Positions 25,663 to 37,000 of a stretch of DNA of 61,319 nt are shown here, one piece after another. Position 1 is the stretch's first letter; every line of letters starts with the position of its first letter. Both the position numbers and the translations under genes were made by a program. Source of the stretch: Armatimonadia bacterium. Its GTDB lineage: Bacteria; Armatimonadota; Zipacnadia; Zipacnadales; UBA11051. The notes under the pieces were generated by a model. That model had not been told where the DNA came from. It did no database searches and saw only the letters and a program-made list of their open reading frames with translations. The stretch lies in NCBI GenBank assembly GCA_039683575.1, contig JBDKRC010000149.1:1-61319 (forward strand), in the 5' to 3' direction.

Positions 25663-28600
25663 CTAACGCTGCGCTTCCAGCCCCACCTGATCCAGGTTCA
25701 TCGAGCCCTCCAACCCCTCGATCCGCAGTCGGTACTCTCCCGACTTGAGATGCACTGTGCCGACTGCGAAATAGCGCCAATCGTCTGTAGTGCGCGCCCA
25801 GCCCCCCGTGCCGGCCATCCTCACCGCAAAGCCCTTCATCCCCACGATCTCGATAAGCCGCTTCACCTCGGACTGCTCGCTGCAGCCGCGGACGAGGATG
25901 CGATAATCGCCCTCATGTGGCACGGTCAGGGCCCACTCCGCCCACTGCCCGGCGGTGTCCCAGACGCAGTGTGCTACACTCTTCGACGCCCCGACCTTCT
26001 CCATTGGCTTGCCCTTTATCTCCCCCTCCGCCGCCGGCTTCTCCGCCTCGACGATCACAGAGTCAGCACCAGGCTTGTAGTCTTTCGGCAGCGTCTCTGC
26101 GCTTGTTAGCGCCACGCTCTCGCGCGCCAACTCAACCCGCGGTTCGCCCTGCAGGCCCGTCAGCAGCAGCAGATGTCGTCCAGGAGCGAGCCACGTCTTC
26201 GCTTCCCGTGTCTTCCCCTCCGTTAGCGACAGGGGCTTGTTGTCGAGCACCACCCGCGCCTTGCCCGTGGCGTCTGCCACAGACACCTTGTAGCGGTCCC
26301 CCTCCTTGATCTCCACATTCGCCCACCAGTACTGCTGCAGGGCCTCCCCGACCGGCAGTGCGTAGGCCTCGAACTCATAGTCGCCGCACTTCACCTTGCG
26401 ACTCTGCCCGACCGGCATCTTCTGCTCCAGCACCACCTGCTTCTCGCCAGCCGGTGCCTGCAGCTTGTATGACTTCTTCGGAGCAATTCGGACCGTCCCC
26501 GCCTGCGGCAGGTCACTATTGACGATCAGACCTGCCACATTGGCCGTCAGCGAGACATTCCCGCGCTGGCTGCTGCCGATGATCTCCTTGCCGTCGCGCT
26601 TGAGGTACGTCCCGCCAATCATCAGCGCCCGCGCGAGGCTCCCGTCGCGGTTGAGGGTCACGGTAGCCATCTCGCCGTCCGTCTCGATCCCACCTCCGCT
26701 GATGGTCCCGGTCTCGTTGCGCTTGCGGAACAGCGCCAGATGGCGCTGGCTAGCCGTCTTACACTCCACTCCGAGCGCCCTGGTGGCCGGGATCGCCCCT
26801 ATGGTCGCATCCTCAGCCCCCTCGACCCGCTGAATCTGCATGCCGACGAGGTAGTCCTCCTCCGCCCGCTTCTCGCGGGGCGTCGCCCACAACGTCCACT
26901 CATGCGAGTACTGCTCCGGCGGCACCGGGCGGGTGCTGTAGCCATCCACGGGCTCGACCGGGTATCCCTTCACCACGTTCAGCTTCAGGTCCGTGGGCGC
27001 CACAAACCGCCCCGACAGACGCGCCTCTCCGGAGGTGAGCGCGAAGCTCTGCTTGGCAGCATCCGTCTCAACTGGGGCCACGGTGTGCAGCAGCCAGTCA
27101 TACTGCGCCGGCTGCTTCGCCGCTCCGAGGACATCGTGGATGATCACGAACCCCGGCTTGATGAAGAGCGCCCGCCGGTCCCACTGCTTCAGCATCCCCC
27201 CATACATGTCGGGGTCAGAGCCATCACCGACCGTGTAGCCGTAGCCAGGGCTGTCGAAGTAGGCTTTGATCTGCCCGTCGCGTCCGGGCTTGCGCGAGTC
27301 CTGGTCCTTGCCGTTGACGAGGATCGCGTTGTGCGCCCGCGTCAGGACGGAGTAGTTCGTGAAGTGCGGGCTTCCAAACCAGTCGTAATAGCCGGAGTCG
27401 ATAGCCAGTTTCTCGCCATACGCATGAATGACGAAGGCATTCTGGTCCTCGTGCTGGTGGCCCGCCCAGAAGGGCCCGCTGCGCAGGGCAAAGGTCACGC
27501 CCTCCCCACCGTCCACAAGGCTCGTGTTGTGCATCGCCCAGCCGATGAAGCGATAGTGGATCGACTGCGGGATGTCAACCGGCGGGCGCGGGTCCACCCC
27601 GGCCTCGGCGAATGTCCCGCCCGAGTACCACAGCGGGTACGGGTCTTTGGTGCGCTGCGCCAACTGCTTCATCTGCGAAGTATAGGCCGGTCCGCGAACA
27701 CTATGGTTCGGTTTCGCTGTATCAGCGAATGACACCGCCCAGGCTCCCGGCGGCGCGCTATACATCGGAAAGCGCGCCGTCTGGTAGAGCCACGGGTGCT
27801 GGAACAGATCAATCCCGCACACATGCTTCATCATGTCCGCGTAGTCGATGACGAAACTCAGGCCATAGCCCCAGTAGGCAATGCCCTCGTTGTTGTCTCC
27901 CTGCCAGCCCAGCCCGCACAGAAACAGCCCCAGATAAAGCTCCCGCACGTACTCCGCCCAGTCCTCCGCCACCGGCACCTCGCCCGTCAGCAGCAGCCCA
28001 CTTTCGGCCAGCGCGAAGGAACAGAGCCACGCATGGTTGTTGTACTCACGCCCGCCGGTCGTGAAGGGGTTTAGCGAGGTCCAGAATTGCTCCGCACGCG
28101 CCACAATGACATCCCGAAGCTGCTTGCGCTCGGCCTCGGTCAGATCATCATAGAGGGCGTCATAGCACCAGTTCAGCCCCCGCAGGAAGTGCTGGGCCCC
28201 AATATCGCCCTTGCGCATCTCGCTGCCGCCCTTGGGGTCCCAGGTAGCCGCCCTGAAAGCCATGGCTTTGAGCAGCTCCCGCACCTTCGGGTCGCGCGTT
28301 TGCACATATAGCTCCGCCATCTGCTGCAACCGCCTGCCCGTCGCGCTGGTGATCCCGCCGTGGACCTTGCCATACCAGTCAATCCACGTCGGCCAGTCTG
28401 GGTTGCCCGGCTCATACCCCGGCGGGTCATCCGGCACCCCCTGCCGCGCCAGCCCCTCCGCCCGCCGCACCAGTTCGGGCTTGTCCTTCGCAGCAGCTTC
28501 TGTGGCCGCTATCAGCCGTGGATGCGCTCGCTTGGCGAGTTCGGCGAACGGAATCGGCGGCGTCACAAACCGGTGTGACTCCGGCAGGATCGTCATGCGC

Positions 28601-29379
28601 TGAACCGGCGTGTATGAGTCCGCCAGTTCGCTCTGCCGGTAGACACGCCAGTACCACACACCCGGCGCCAGCGGGGCCTCGGGCATGTAGAAGTTGCGGC
28701 GCACAGTCACTCGGGTGGTCTTCGCTGCGGGGAAGGTCTGGTCCTGGGAGTACTCAAGCTGCGCCTCGCCCTCGCCCCTCTGCCAGCCGAAGAAAGGCGG
28801 ATTCGAGTATGAGATCCGCTGCTTGTCTGACAGCTTCGGCTCCATCGCCCGGGTTTCGAGCTTGATGTTGTCGAGCCATACCGTCATCACCGCGTCGTTC
28901 GACCTGTCCGCCCGGCCATAGAGGTTGAGCCTCTCCAACACCTTCCCCAGCGTCAGCACACCATCATTCGGCGACCCCATGTCCCCCACCACGATCTCAC
29001 AGTGCCGCCACGTGCCGGAGAACTCGTCAGAACCGAACCACTGCTTGTCTTCCTTGTCGAAGAACAGGATGCCCAGGTAGGCAGGTTTCTTGCCCTGCTC
29101 GATCTCCTCGCGGTGGTCAAACGATAGCAGCAGGTTCTTCTGCATGCTCATCGGTCGCTTGATCGAGGTCTGGCAGTATGCCGACGGCTTCTGGTTGCGC
29201 ACCTGCAGGCAGTGGCCGCCATCGCGCTCGACGACCGCCGCTTCGGTGTCTTTCCCAAAGCTCAGCCCCTCATAAGTCTTAAGCTCTGGCCCCTGCTCAA
29301 ACCCATACTCAAACAGCACCTCCGCGCTCACCATCGAAGCGGCTACCAGCAGCATCAGGCCGACAAGTACCCTAAGCAT
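25663..29379 (-). CDS. DUF4962/heparinase II/III-like polysaccharide lyase with CBM-like domains
   Basis: HPRL, YNNHAW, EG..YW.Y, GHQHEDQNAF, DSGYYD and AHNAILVNG motifs; signal peptide. Confidence 0.85.
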   Translation of the reverse strand: MLRVLVGLMLLVAASMVSAEVLFEYGFEQGPELKTYEGLSFGKDTEAAVVERDGGHCLQVRNQKPSAYCQTSIKRPMSMQKNLLLSFDHREEIEQGKKPAYLGILFFDKEDKQWFGSDEFSGTWRHCEIVVGDMGSPNDGVLTLGKVLERLNLYGRADRSNDAVMTVWLDNIKLETRAMEPKLSDKQRISYSNPPFFGWQRGEGEAQLEYSQDQTFPAAKTTRVTVRRNFYMPEAPLAPGVWYWRVYRQSELADSYTPVQRMTILPESHRFVTPPIPFAELAKRAHPRLIAATEAAAKDKPELVRRAEGLARQGVPDDPPGYEPGNPDWPTWIDWYGKVHGGITSATGRRLQQMAELYVQTRDPKVRELLKAMAFRAATWDPKGGSEMRKGDIGAQHFLRGLNWCYDALYDDLTEAERKQLRDVIVARAEQFWTSLNPFTTGGREYNNHAWLCSFALAESGLLLTGEVPVAEDWAEYVRELYLGLFLCGLGWQGDNNEGIAYWGYGLSFVIDYADMMKHVCGIDLFQHPWLYQTARFPMYSAPPGAWAVSFADTAKPNHSVRGPAYTSQMKQLAQRTKDPYPLWYSGGTFAEAGVDPRPPVDIPQSIHYRFIGWAMHNTSLVDGGEGVTFALRSGPFWAGHQHEDQNAFVIHAYGEKLAIDSGYYDWFGSPHFTNYSVLTRAHNAILVNGKDQDSRKPGRDGQIKAYFDSPGYGYTVGDGSDPDMYGGMLKQWDRRALFIKPGFVIIHDVLGAAKQPAQYDWLLHTVAPVETDAAKQSFALTSGEARLSGRFVAPTDLKLNVVKGYPVEPVDGYSTRPVPPEQYSHEWTLWATPREKRAEEDYLVGMQIQRVEGAEDATIGAIPATRALGVECKTASQRHLALFRKRNETGTISGGGIETDGEMATVTLNRDGSLARALMIGGTYLKRDGKEIIGSSQRGNVSLTANVAGLIVNSDLPQAGTVRIAPKKSYKLQAPAGEKQVVLEQKMPVGQSRKVKCGDYEFEAYALPVGEALQQYWWANVEIKEGDRYKVSVADATGKARVVLDNKPLSLTEGKTREAKTWLAPGRHLLLLTGLQGEPRVELARESVALTSAETLPKDYKPGADSVIVEAEKPAAEGEIKGKPMEKVGASKSVAHCVWDTAGQWAEWALTVPHEGDYRILVRGCSEQSEVKRLIEIVGMKGFAVRMAGTGGWARTTDDWRYFAVGTVHLKSGEYRLRIEGLEGSMNLDQVGLEAQR

Positions 29380-29445
29380 ATAAGCACCTTACAGGCATCC
29401 CTCCCCCTTCCTCCCCATCCTTGCCTTTATCCTGCTCCCGAAATA

Positions 29446-29538
29446 GGTTGTCATTCTGAGCCCGCACGTACTCGTGCGGCAAGCGAAGAATCCCCGTGTC
29501 GGTGGCCGGGATTCTTCGCTTCGCTCAGAATGACAGCC
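29446..29538. repeat. REP-like palindromic element (TGTC...GACA ends, branched fold)
   Basis: GTCATTCTGAGC/GCTCAGAATGAC outer stem, AAGCGAAGAATCCC/GGGATTCTTCGCTT inner stem, CCGCACG/CGTGCGG side hairpin. Confidence 0.8.
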
Positions 29539-29628
29539 GTGTGCGACACATTTGCATCATCTCAGGGTGCCGGAGAATCCGGCATGAGGACTGCCCATCC
29601 CTAACATCCTGTGAATTCCCGCCGTCAC

Positions 29629-30606
29629 TCATCTCGGCGCCATCGGTATCCCGGGCGTCAGATTGCTCGGCTCAAACGGGGTGCCCTCCTCGATCAACTG
29701 CCGCACCCGCGCTTTGAGCAACTCATCCCCGATCTCAATCTGCGCCCGCTCTCGCGCCGCCTGCAGCCAGTCCCGTCGCGCCCACTCCAGTTGCTCGAGC
29801 TGCACGCGCGACCGCACGCTCTCTTTGACCTTCTCAAAGGGCTCCACGCCGCCGGGACGCTTTCCTTCAACCTTCAGGATCGCAAAGCCGTCGGGAACCT
29901 CAAAAACGCCACTGACCTGCCCCGGAGCGAGCTTGAAGGCCATGTCGCCAATGGCCTTGGCATAGTCACCGCGCTCAAACCAACCGGTGTCGCCACCTTC
30001 GTCCTTGGTGGCAGGGTCTTCTGAGAAGGCCTTGGCCAGCCCCGCAAAGTCCGCCTGCGGGTCCTTCAGTGCCTCGACCACAGTATCGGCATTTGCGCGC
30101 TCGCGAAAGAGCATCAGCCGCACACGGGCCTGCTCCTTGTGCGAGAACTCCACTTTGCGCTGCTCGTAATACTTGCGCAGGTCCGCATCGCTGGCCGGGC
30201 TTTGCCGCATCGCCAGGCGGTCCAGAAGCCCCTCCGCCCGTAGTTCCGCCCGGAACTCCTGCTTGCCGCGCCGCGTCTCCTTAAGCTTCTCCTCCAGGTC
30301 CCGCTCGGAACCGATACGCGCCGCCGCCTGCTGGTACTTCACATCCAGCTCGCCCTCGGAGATCGAAATCCCGTCTTTGGCCGCTGCCTGCTCGATGAGC
30401 GCCATGTCAATCATCTGCAGCAGCATCTTAGCGCCCTGCTGGATGATCAGCTCGCGGTTGAGGTCTTCTTTTGTAACTGTCGCGTCCCCCACCCGCGCCA
30501 GCACCCGTCCCTGCGAGTTGCAGGCGACCGGAACGATGACGCCGATCACAAGCAGCGCCAGCACAAATACCTTCGGATAGTGCTTCATCTTAGCCTTCAG
30601 GAACAT
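29629..30606 (-). CDS. PrsA/SurA-type parvulin peptidyl-prolyl isomerase (probable lipoprotein)
   Basis: FAGLAKAFSED...GGDTGWF, AF.L.PGQVS motifs; lipobox-like VPVAC. Confidence 0.9.
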   Translation of the reverse strand: MFLKAKMKHYPKVFVLALLVIGVIVPVACNSQGRVLARVGDATVTKEDLNRELIIQQGAKMLLQMIDMALIEQAAAKDGISISEGELDVKYQQAAARIGSERDLEEKLKETRRGKQEFRAELRAEGLLDRLAMRQSPASDADLRKYYEQRKVEFSHKEQARVRLMLFRERANADTVVEALKDPQADFAGLAKAFSEDPATKDEGGDTGWFERGDYAKAIGDMAFKLAPGQVSGVFEVPDGFAILKVEGKRPGGVEPFEKVKESVRSRVQLEQLEWARRDWLQAARERAQIEIGDELLKARVRQLIEEGTPFEPSNLTPGIPMAPR

Positions 30607-30625
30607 GTTTCTGATGACGCTTCCC

Positions 30626-31972
30626 CTACTTCACATACCACGCATTGGTCGTGGCAAACTCCGGCCATTCCCCATATAGCTCGGCGGTAACCCAGTCTCC
30701 CGCCTTCACGGGAACACTGACCTGCATCTCTGCCGAATTGCTCTGCATCGTGGCGGCAGGTGCTCCATTGACGATTACTACGAGCTTGTCCAACGGCCGG
30801 TTGGCGAGCATCTCGGCCTTGAGCGTCAGGCTCTGGCGCTCGCCGACGACAACATCACTGCCGGGCCCCTTCCCATCCAGCGTCGCCAGCAGCAGCGGCC
30901 CGTTCGTGACAAAGCCTCTACCGGCCTTCACTGCCGCCTGGACCGCATCGGGCGTCGTTGCCTCTAACTGCAGGTATGTCCGGTACGCACCGGAGTGAGT
31001 CTTCCAGGCCCACGGCGCAAGGGTCTTCTCAAAGTCCAGCAGCCGTGACAGCAGCGCCAGCCGCCGATCAATCTTCTGCAGTTCCGTGGAACCTAGAAGC
31101 ACCCTCCGGCCCGTCCCATTCAAGACGTCGTGGTTGTCGGAATCACCCACCACGGGCACCCGACAGCCCTGGCTCAGCATGCAGTGCCACGACGTGCGTG
31201 CCTGCAGCATATCAAAGACTGGCCCGTACGGTGCGATGCTGCCGTTCATTATCTCCATGGCATCATATCCGGTCACTTCCGGCGCCTGGTAGTTCATCCC
31301 CGGCACATTCGGGTGGGCCAGGATCGCAAACCCGCCCTGGGCATGGATCTGGCGGAAGATGTCCAGTATCCCGGCAGCGCTGATGGGGTCGGGGCGCTGT
31401 ATGCCCTCCGTGGTGTTGACCCCCACAATGTGTCCCATGCCTGTGCTGCATTCCTGCCCACCCAGCGGGAGGAAATCAGCCGCCTTCTGCGCCAGCCACT
31501 CCGTATGCCCCCGAGCCTGCCAGTGGTCGGTCAAAGCCGCTACCTCCAGGCCCTCCGCACGGCAGGCATAGGCCACCTCCGTCGGCGACTGCTTGCCATC
31601 GCTCGCGGTGCTATGCATATGCAGATCGGCCCCATAGTACCCCCGCGCGGGCATGTCCACGAGCCTCCGGAGCACGAATCGCAGTTCCCTGGGGCCATCC
31701 GCGGCCACGCTCTGCTCGGCAATGGTCCACTCAGGCCCATGCGAGGCCCAGACCCGCAATGGCCCGTCTGGTGCCTGCAGGCAGAACTTGCCCAGTGGCG
31801 TCGTATACGTCACAACAGCCTGTCGCGTCTCGGCATTGTAGGCGGTCACGCGCGCCGGCAGGCCCTGATCTGCCTCGCTCACCACCTCTCCCGTCAGCGC
31901 CGCCGCAGTCACAATCTGAGGCGCCACAAGCAGGCCAAGGACAAAATAAAGGGGAACCATCAGCCGTTTCAT
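30626..31972 (-). CDS. PHP-domain metallohydrolase (CehA/McbA-like)
   Basis: DLHMHS..SDG, LTDH, AHP, SDNH and FVTNGP motifs. Confidence 0.88.
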   Translation of the reverse strand: MKRLMVPLYFVLGLLVAPQIVTAAALTGEVVSEADQGLPARVTAYNAETRQAVVTYTTPLGKFCLQAPDGPLRVWASHGPEWTIAEQSVAADGPRELRFVLRRLVDMPARGYYGADLHMHSTASDGKQSPTEVAYACRAEGLEVAALTDHWQARGHTEWLAQKAADFLPLGGQECSTGMGHIVGVNTTEGIQRPDPISAAGILDIFRQIHAQGGFAILAHPNVPGMNYQAPEVTGYDAMEIMNGSIAPYGPVFDMLQARTSWHCMLSQGCRVPVVGDSDNHDVLNGTGRRVLLGSTELQKIDRRLALLSRLLDFEKTLAPWAWKTHSGAYRTYLQLEATTPDAVQAAVKAGRGFVTNGPLLLATLDGKGPGSDVVVGERQSLTLKAEMLANRPLDKLVVIVNGAPAATMQSNSAEMQVSVPVKAGDWVTAELYGEWPEFATTNAWYVK

Positions 31973-32063
31973 GCTATTCTTACACCTATTCCAGCCGAGG
32001 ATGCTCGCGCTGGGCAGAATCTTGTTAGTCTGACTCCAAACCTACCTGTTCAGGTTTCGTCTC

Positions 32064-33884
32064 ATGCCGCCCTTCATACGTTTCCTACGCTTTGCCAAGA
32101 ACTACCGCGCCCGCCTCGGGGTTGCGCTGCTGCTCGTATTCATTGGCACCGGCCTGACACTACCCGTACCGATCCTCACCGGCAAGCTGATTGACAACGC
32201 TGCCGGGTTCGAGCGAGCCCGCGAAACAGGCGGGCAGAACCTCGAGATCATCCGCACTCAGGCGATGCAGTTCGTTGTCCTGATCTGTGTCATCATGCTG
32301 GTGCTGGCAGTTATCGGCGCCATTGTCAACTACAGCCGCCAGATGCTGCTGATATTCGTAGGCAACCGCATCGTATACGACGTTCGACGGCGCGTTTTTC
32401 GCCACCTCCAGAAGCTCTCGCTCCGGTACTTCGAATCCAACCCCCACGGCCGCATCATGGCCCGCGTGCTCTATGACGTGGAGGCTGTACAAAGCGTCCT
32501 GTCGGGCGGCATCGTTGAGATCGTCAGCAACCTCGTCACTGTGGTGGTCATCATCTTTGTGCTCTTCGGGATGAACTGGAAGCTGGCCCTACTCTCGATC
32601 ATGATTCTCCCGCTGTACGTAATCAACTTCCTGGTATTCCGCAGTAAGATCCGTCTCGCCGCGGCCGAGGCCCGCGAGCAGTACTCGGAGGTCTACTCCA
32701 CCCTCAGCGAAACGGTCTCCGGCATGAAGATCATCATGTCCTTTGCCCGTGAGAACGCGGAGGCCCGGCGCTTCGTCAATGAGTGCCGGCAGAGCATCAG
32801 CCTCAACCTCCGCACGGGCCGCTGGCAGGCCCTTCTCGGCATCGGCGCCAATCTCCTGACCGTTATCGGCAACGTCCTGATTCTGCTCATCGGCGGCCGT
32901 GAGGTGCTCGTCACCGAACGCATGACCATGGGCGAACTGATCGCCTTCCGCACCTACCTGATGATGCTCTACACGCCCATCATTGCGCTGGTGACGGTCA
33001 ATGACACCATCAATACGGTCATGACGGCCGTAGAACGCATCTTTGAGACGCTGGACACCGTTCCCGAGCAGCAGGAGCGTCGCGACGCCGTCCGTCTCGG
33101 CAAGATTGACGGCCGCGTGGAGTTCGACAAGCTTTCCTTTGGCTATGAGCCCGGCGAGTTGGTGCTTGAGGACATCAGCTTTGTGGCCGAGCCGGGGAGT
33201 TCCACCGCCCTCGTCGGCCCCTCCGGCAGCGGTAAGACCACGCTCATCCACTTTATCCCACGCTTCTACGACCCTTCCTCCGGTCGGGTGCTCGTGGATG
33301 GTTACGACGTGCAGGATGTGACCCTCAACAGCCTGCGCAACAACATTGGTATGGTCATGCAGGAAAGCTTCCTGTTCATGGGAACCCTGCGCGAAAATAT
33401 CAAGTACGGCCGTCCCGAGGCCACGGACGAGGAGGTCGTGCAGGCCTCGATCGCCGCCAACTGCCACGATTTCATCATGGAGTTCCCGGATGGTTACGAG
33501 ACCCTGGTAGGCGAGCGCGGCACGCGTCTCTCCGGTGGTCAACGCCAGCGCATCAGCATCGCCCGCGCCCTGCTGCGTAATCCCCGCATCCTCATCCTCG
33601 ACGAGGCCACCAGCGCCCTCGACTCCGAATCCGAGGCCCTCATCCAGGAGGCCCTCGACCGCCTGATGAAGGGGCGCACCACCTTCACCATCGCTCACCG
33701 CCTCTCCACCGTCATGAATGCCGACGTGATCCTCGTGCTCGACCAGGGCAAGATCGTCGAGCGCGGCACTCATGCCGAGCTGGCCAGCGCCGGCGGGCTC
33801 TACGCGCGCCTGTGCGACGTGCAGTTCAAGAAGGCGGAGGAGAAGGTCCAGGAGCATCTGGCGAAAACGGAAAAGGCGTCGTAA
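32064..33884 (+). CDS. ABC exporter, fused permease/ATPase (MsbA-like)
   Basis: Six-TM domain, GPSGSGKT, LSGGQRQR, LDEATSALD and IAHRLST. Confidence 0.97.
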   Translation: MPPFIRFLRFAKNYRARLGVALLLVFIGTGLTLPVPILTGKLIDNAAGFERARETGGQNLEIIRTQAMQFVVLICVIMLVLAVIGAIVNYSRQMLLIFVGNRIVYDVRRRVFRHLQKLSLRYFESNPHGRIMARVLYDVEAVQSVLSGGIVEIVSNLVTVVVIIFVLFGMNWKLALLSIMILPLYVINFLVFRSKIRLAAAEAREQYSEVYSTLSETVSGMKIIMSFARENAEARRFVNECRQSISLNLRTGRWQALLGIGANLLTVIGNVLILLIGGREVLVTERMTMGELIAFRTYLMMLYTPIIALVTVNDTINTVMTAVERIFETLDTVPEQQERRDAVRLGKIDGRVEFDKLSFGYEPGELVLEDISFVAEPGSSTALVGPSGSGKTTLIHFIPRFYDPSSGRVLVDGYDVQDVTLNSLRNNIGMVMQESFLFMGTLRENIKYGRPEATDEEVVQASIAANCHDFIMEFPDGYETLVGERGTRLSGGQRQRISIARALLRNPRILILDEATSALDSESEALIQEALDRLMKGRTTFTIAHRLSTVMNADVILVLDQGKIVERGTHAELASAGGLYARLCDVQFKKAEEKVQEHLAKTEKAS

Positions 33885-34001
33885 AGCGCTCCCAGCCCCT
33901 CGTCCGGAACCAGCCCGGCCTCCCGGGTGTCTCCCCCTCAAACGCAGGTATCCCCGCGTCCGTTGTCGCATTTTCCCGTATCTTGGACATGGAGCAATTG
34001 T

Positions 34002-37000
34002 ATGCGTCACACCCTGTTCGGTCTCATCATGTTGATGGCTATCCCCGCCCTGGGCCAGGAACTCCTCAAGAACCCATCATTCGAAGACGTCACAGCTAAG
34101 GGCCTGCCCGCCTCCTGGCAGCAGTACTCTGGCGGTCCGCCGGAAAGCAAGCTCTCGATTGATCCCACCGCTCGCACCGGCAAGAACGCCATCCGCCTCA
34201 CCGACACCGGCCCGAACGAGCGCGACAACCGCTGGGCCATCGGAGTGCAGCAGGATGTGCCTGTCACCCCCGGCCAGACCTACCTCGCCAGCGTCTGGGC
34301 CAAGTGCCTCGCCACCAACAACCCCAACGCCGTGCTGCTGCAGCTAACCTTCATCGGCACCGACAAGACCTACTCGCGGCAGATTGTCGCCCCCCTCGGC
34401 GGTGACTGGCGCCGCTTCAAGATCATCGCTCAGGCCCCCGAAGACGCCAAAACGGTCCGCTTCCACCTGTACACGATGCACTTTTGGACCAGCGACACGA
34501 TCTTCGATGACGCCTCGCTCACGAGTATCACCGGCGAGGGTATCAATGGCGTCGTCCTGCAGGTAGGCGAGGAGCCGATCGCTGCTGCCCGCCCCCTGAA
34601 GCTCCAGACGCCCATTGCCGACAATAGTCAGCCCCAGGCCGTCATCGCCTGCCCCGCCGACCCTGCCTGGAAGCAGGTCGCCATGGACCTGCAGACGGCG
34701 ATCCAGCGCAAGACCGGCGCCACGTTGATGCTCCACACGGACCTCAAGCCGCTGCTGAACTCCGATCAGACCATCATCGCTCTCGGCAACCTTAACAACA
34801 ACTTCGTAATCGAGCGCCTCTACTTTAACTTCTACACGCGTGCCGACTCGCTCTGGCCCGGCAAGGGCCAATACGCCCTGCGCACAGTACATCAGCCCTT
34901 CAACTTCAAGGACATCAACGTCCTCACCCTCGAGTGCAGCGACCTCGAAGGCGCCAAACAAGCCGTCGCCGACTTGCTCCAGCGCCTGCCGGACGGCCCA
35001 GACTGCGCGCTGGACAAGCCCCTGCTCTTCGTCTCGAACAAGCAGCCCATGTCCGCCGAGGCCGCCAAGAACGTGGTTGAGGCGCCCATGGACATCTTCC
35101 TCTGGCAGCGTTTCTGGCAGTCGGTCGAGGCCTGGCGTGACAGCGGCGACCCGGCCCACGCCGCACGGGCCAAGAAGCTCTATCTCGCCGCCCGCGACCG
35201 ATTGCTCAAGGACCCGGCCTACCATATCAACTGGCCTGAGGAGACCACTGCCAGCCAGATCGGCGCGATGTGGGACGTTTTCGAGGAAGCCCCCGTTTGG
35301 ACCGACGCCGAGCGCCTTGAGGCCACTAACGTCTTCATGGTCACACTCGCCAATATGCGCAGCAATGTCTACAACTGGGGCACCTTCGCCGACAACGATA
35401 CCCTCGTCTGGAACCACCAGACCTTCCCCTTGCTGGGCGTCTACTGGCTCGCCCGCTACTACGACCGCTACTATCCCAACCAGACCACCCTGTTCGCAGA
35501 CTGCCTCCGGCAGGTCGAGGGCGCTTTCCGGGGCGCCGTGAAGAGCTGGAAGCCACAGTGCGACGCTGATGGCTACCTCACGATCACCCCGCGCCACACC
35601 ATCGAGTACACGCTGTCCCGCAATGACTACACCTACTTCGAGACCGGGCAGGTCCGGCAGCTTGCCGAGTATCTGACGGGCGTGTCCGACAACGAGGGCA
35701 CTATCCCCGGCTTCGGCGACTCCGGCTACAGTAAGGGCCCAGGCTACGAACTGAGCGCCCTGCCCATTGCCTACTGGTACTACAAGGACCCCCGCTACCT
35801 CTGGCGTCTGCAGCAGCTCTACGACGGCAAATGGGCCAACCCCTACCGGACCGATATCGAGCCCAAGCCCTGGAACGAGATGGCTGGCCTGAGCGTCTGG
35901 CAGTTCTCGCCCGAGTACTACCGCTGGGCCACGATGAAGTCATCCTATGGCGAGCAGCCTGAGCCAATCGGTCTCGGCTACGAAGAGACCTATGACAAGA
36001 TCACCTTCCGCGAAAACCTCGACCGCGACTGTCAGTTCATGCTCCTCGATGGCTGGGGCCGGGGCAAGCATCTCCACTATGACACCAATGCCATCATCAA
36101 GTACCACGATGACGGGCAGGACTGGCTGATCGACGGCGACTACCTCGTCCGCAACACCACCGATCACACCATGATCAGCGTCATCCGCGACGGCCGGGCT
36201 GATAAGCTGGTCCCGCCGGCGGCGCGGCTCGATGCCCATGCCGACCTCGACACTTGCGCGTTCACCCGCACCACGGTCGCCGACTACAACGGCGCCGACT
36301 GGTCCCGCAACATACTCTGGCTCAAGGGTCTCGGCTTCGTGCTGGTTGATGAGCTCAAGGCCCGCGAAGCCGGCGAGTACACCTTCGAGAACGTCTTCAA
36401 GACGCTCGATCTAGGCGACCAGAGCCTCTCCGAGGGCCGTATCTTCACGACCTCCCGCGCCACTGCCGGTGGCGCGGGCAGCCGCGACATGATAACAGTC
36501 ACCAATCCGACGCCCGACGTGCCGAAGGCGGTCAAGTTCGCCGAGCACACCTCCCGCCTCGAGTTCCCCGTCACCCTCGCGGCTGGCGATTATGCTCTCA
36601 CCCTCTATGCCCTCGCCAAGGACAGCGGAACCGACTCGCTCTTCCTGAGCATAGACGGCGGCGAGAACATCGCCTTCCACCTCACGGTGGGCAAGTTCGG
36701 CCCCTCAAGCTCCACTTGGAATCACGAAACACCCACGCCGAATGTCAAGATCGCCAAAGACGGTACGCACGTGATCCGGATCTTCCCGCGCGAGGGGCCC
36801 GGCGTGCTGCTGAGCCGCGTCACCATTCACGATGCCAGGGGCAAGCTACTGGAGGACATTGACGCCACCAACCCGCCCGCCCTCGACCCCGCCCAGAAGC
36901 AGCAGGCCCCCGATGCCCGCTTCTTCGTCAAGAACGACGGCCAGGCGCGCTGTGACATCACCACGCGTGTAAACAACGTCAACCTGCGCCTCAAGTACCT

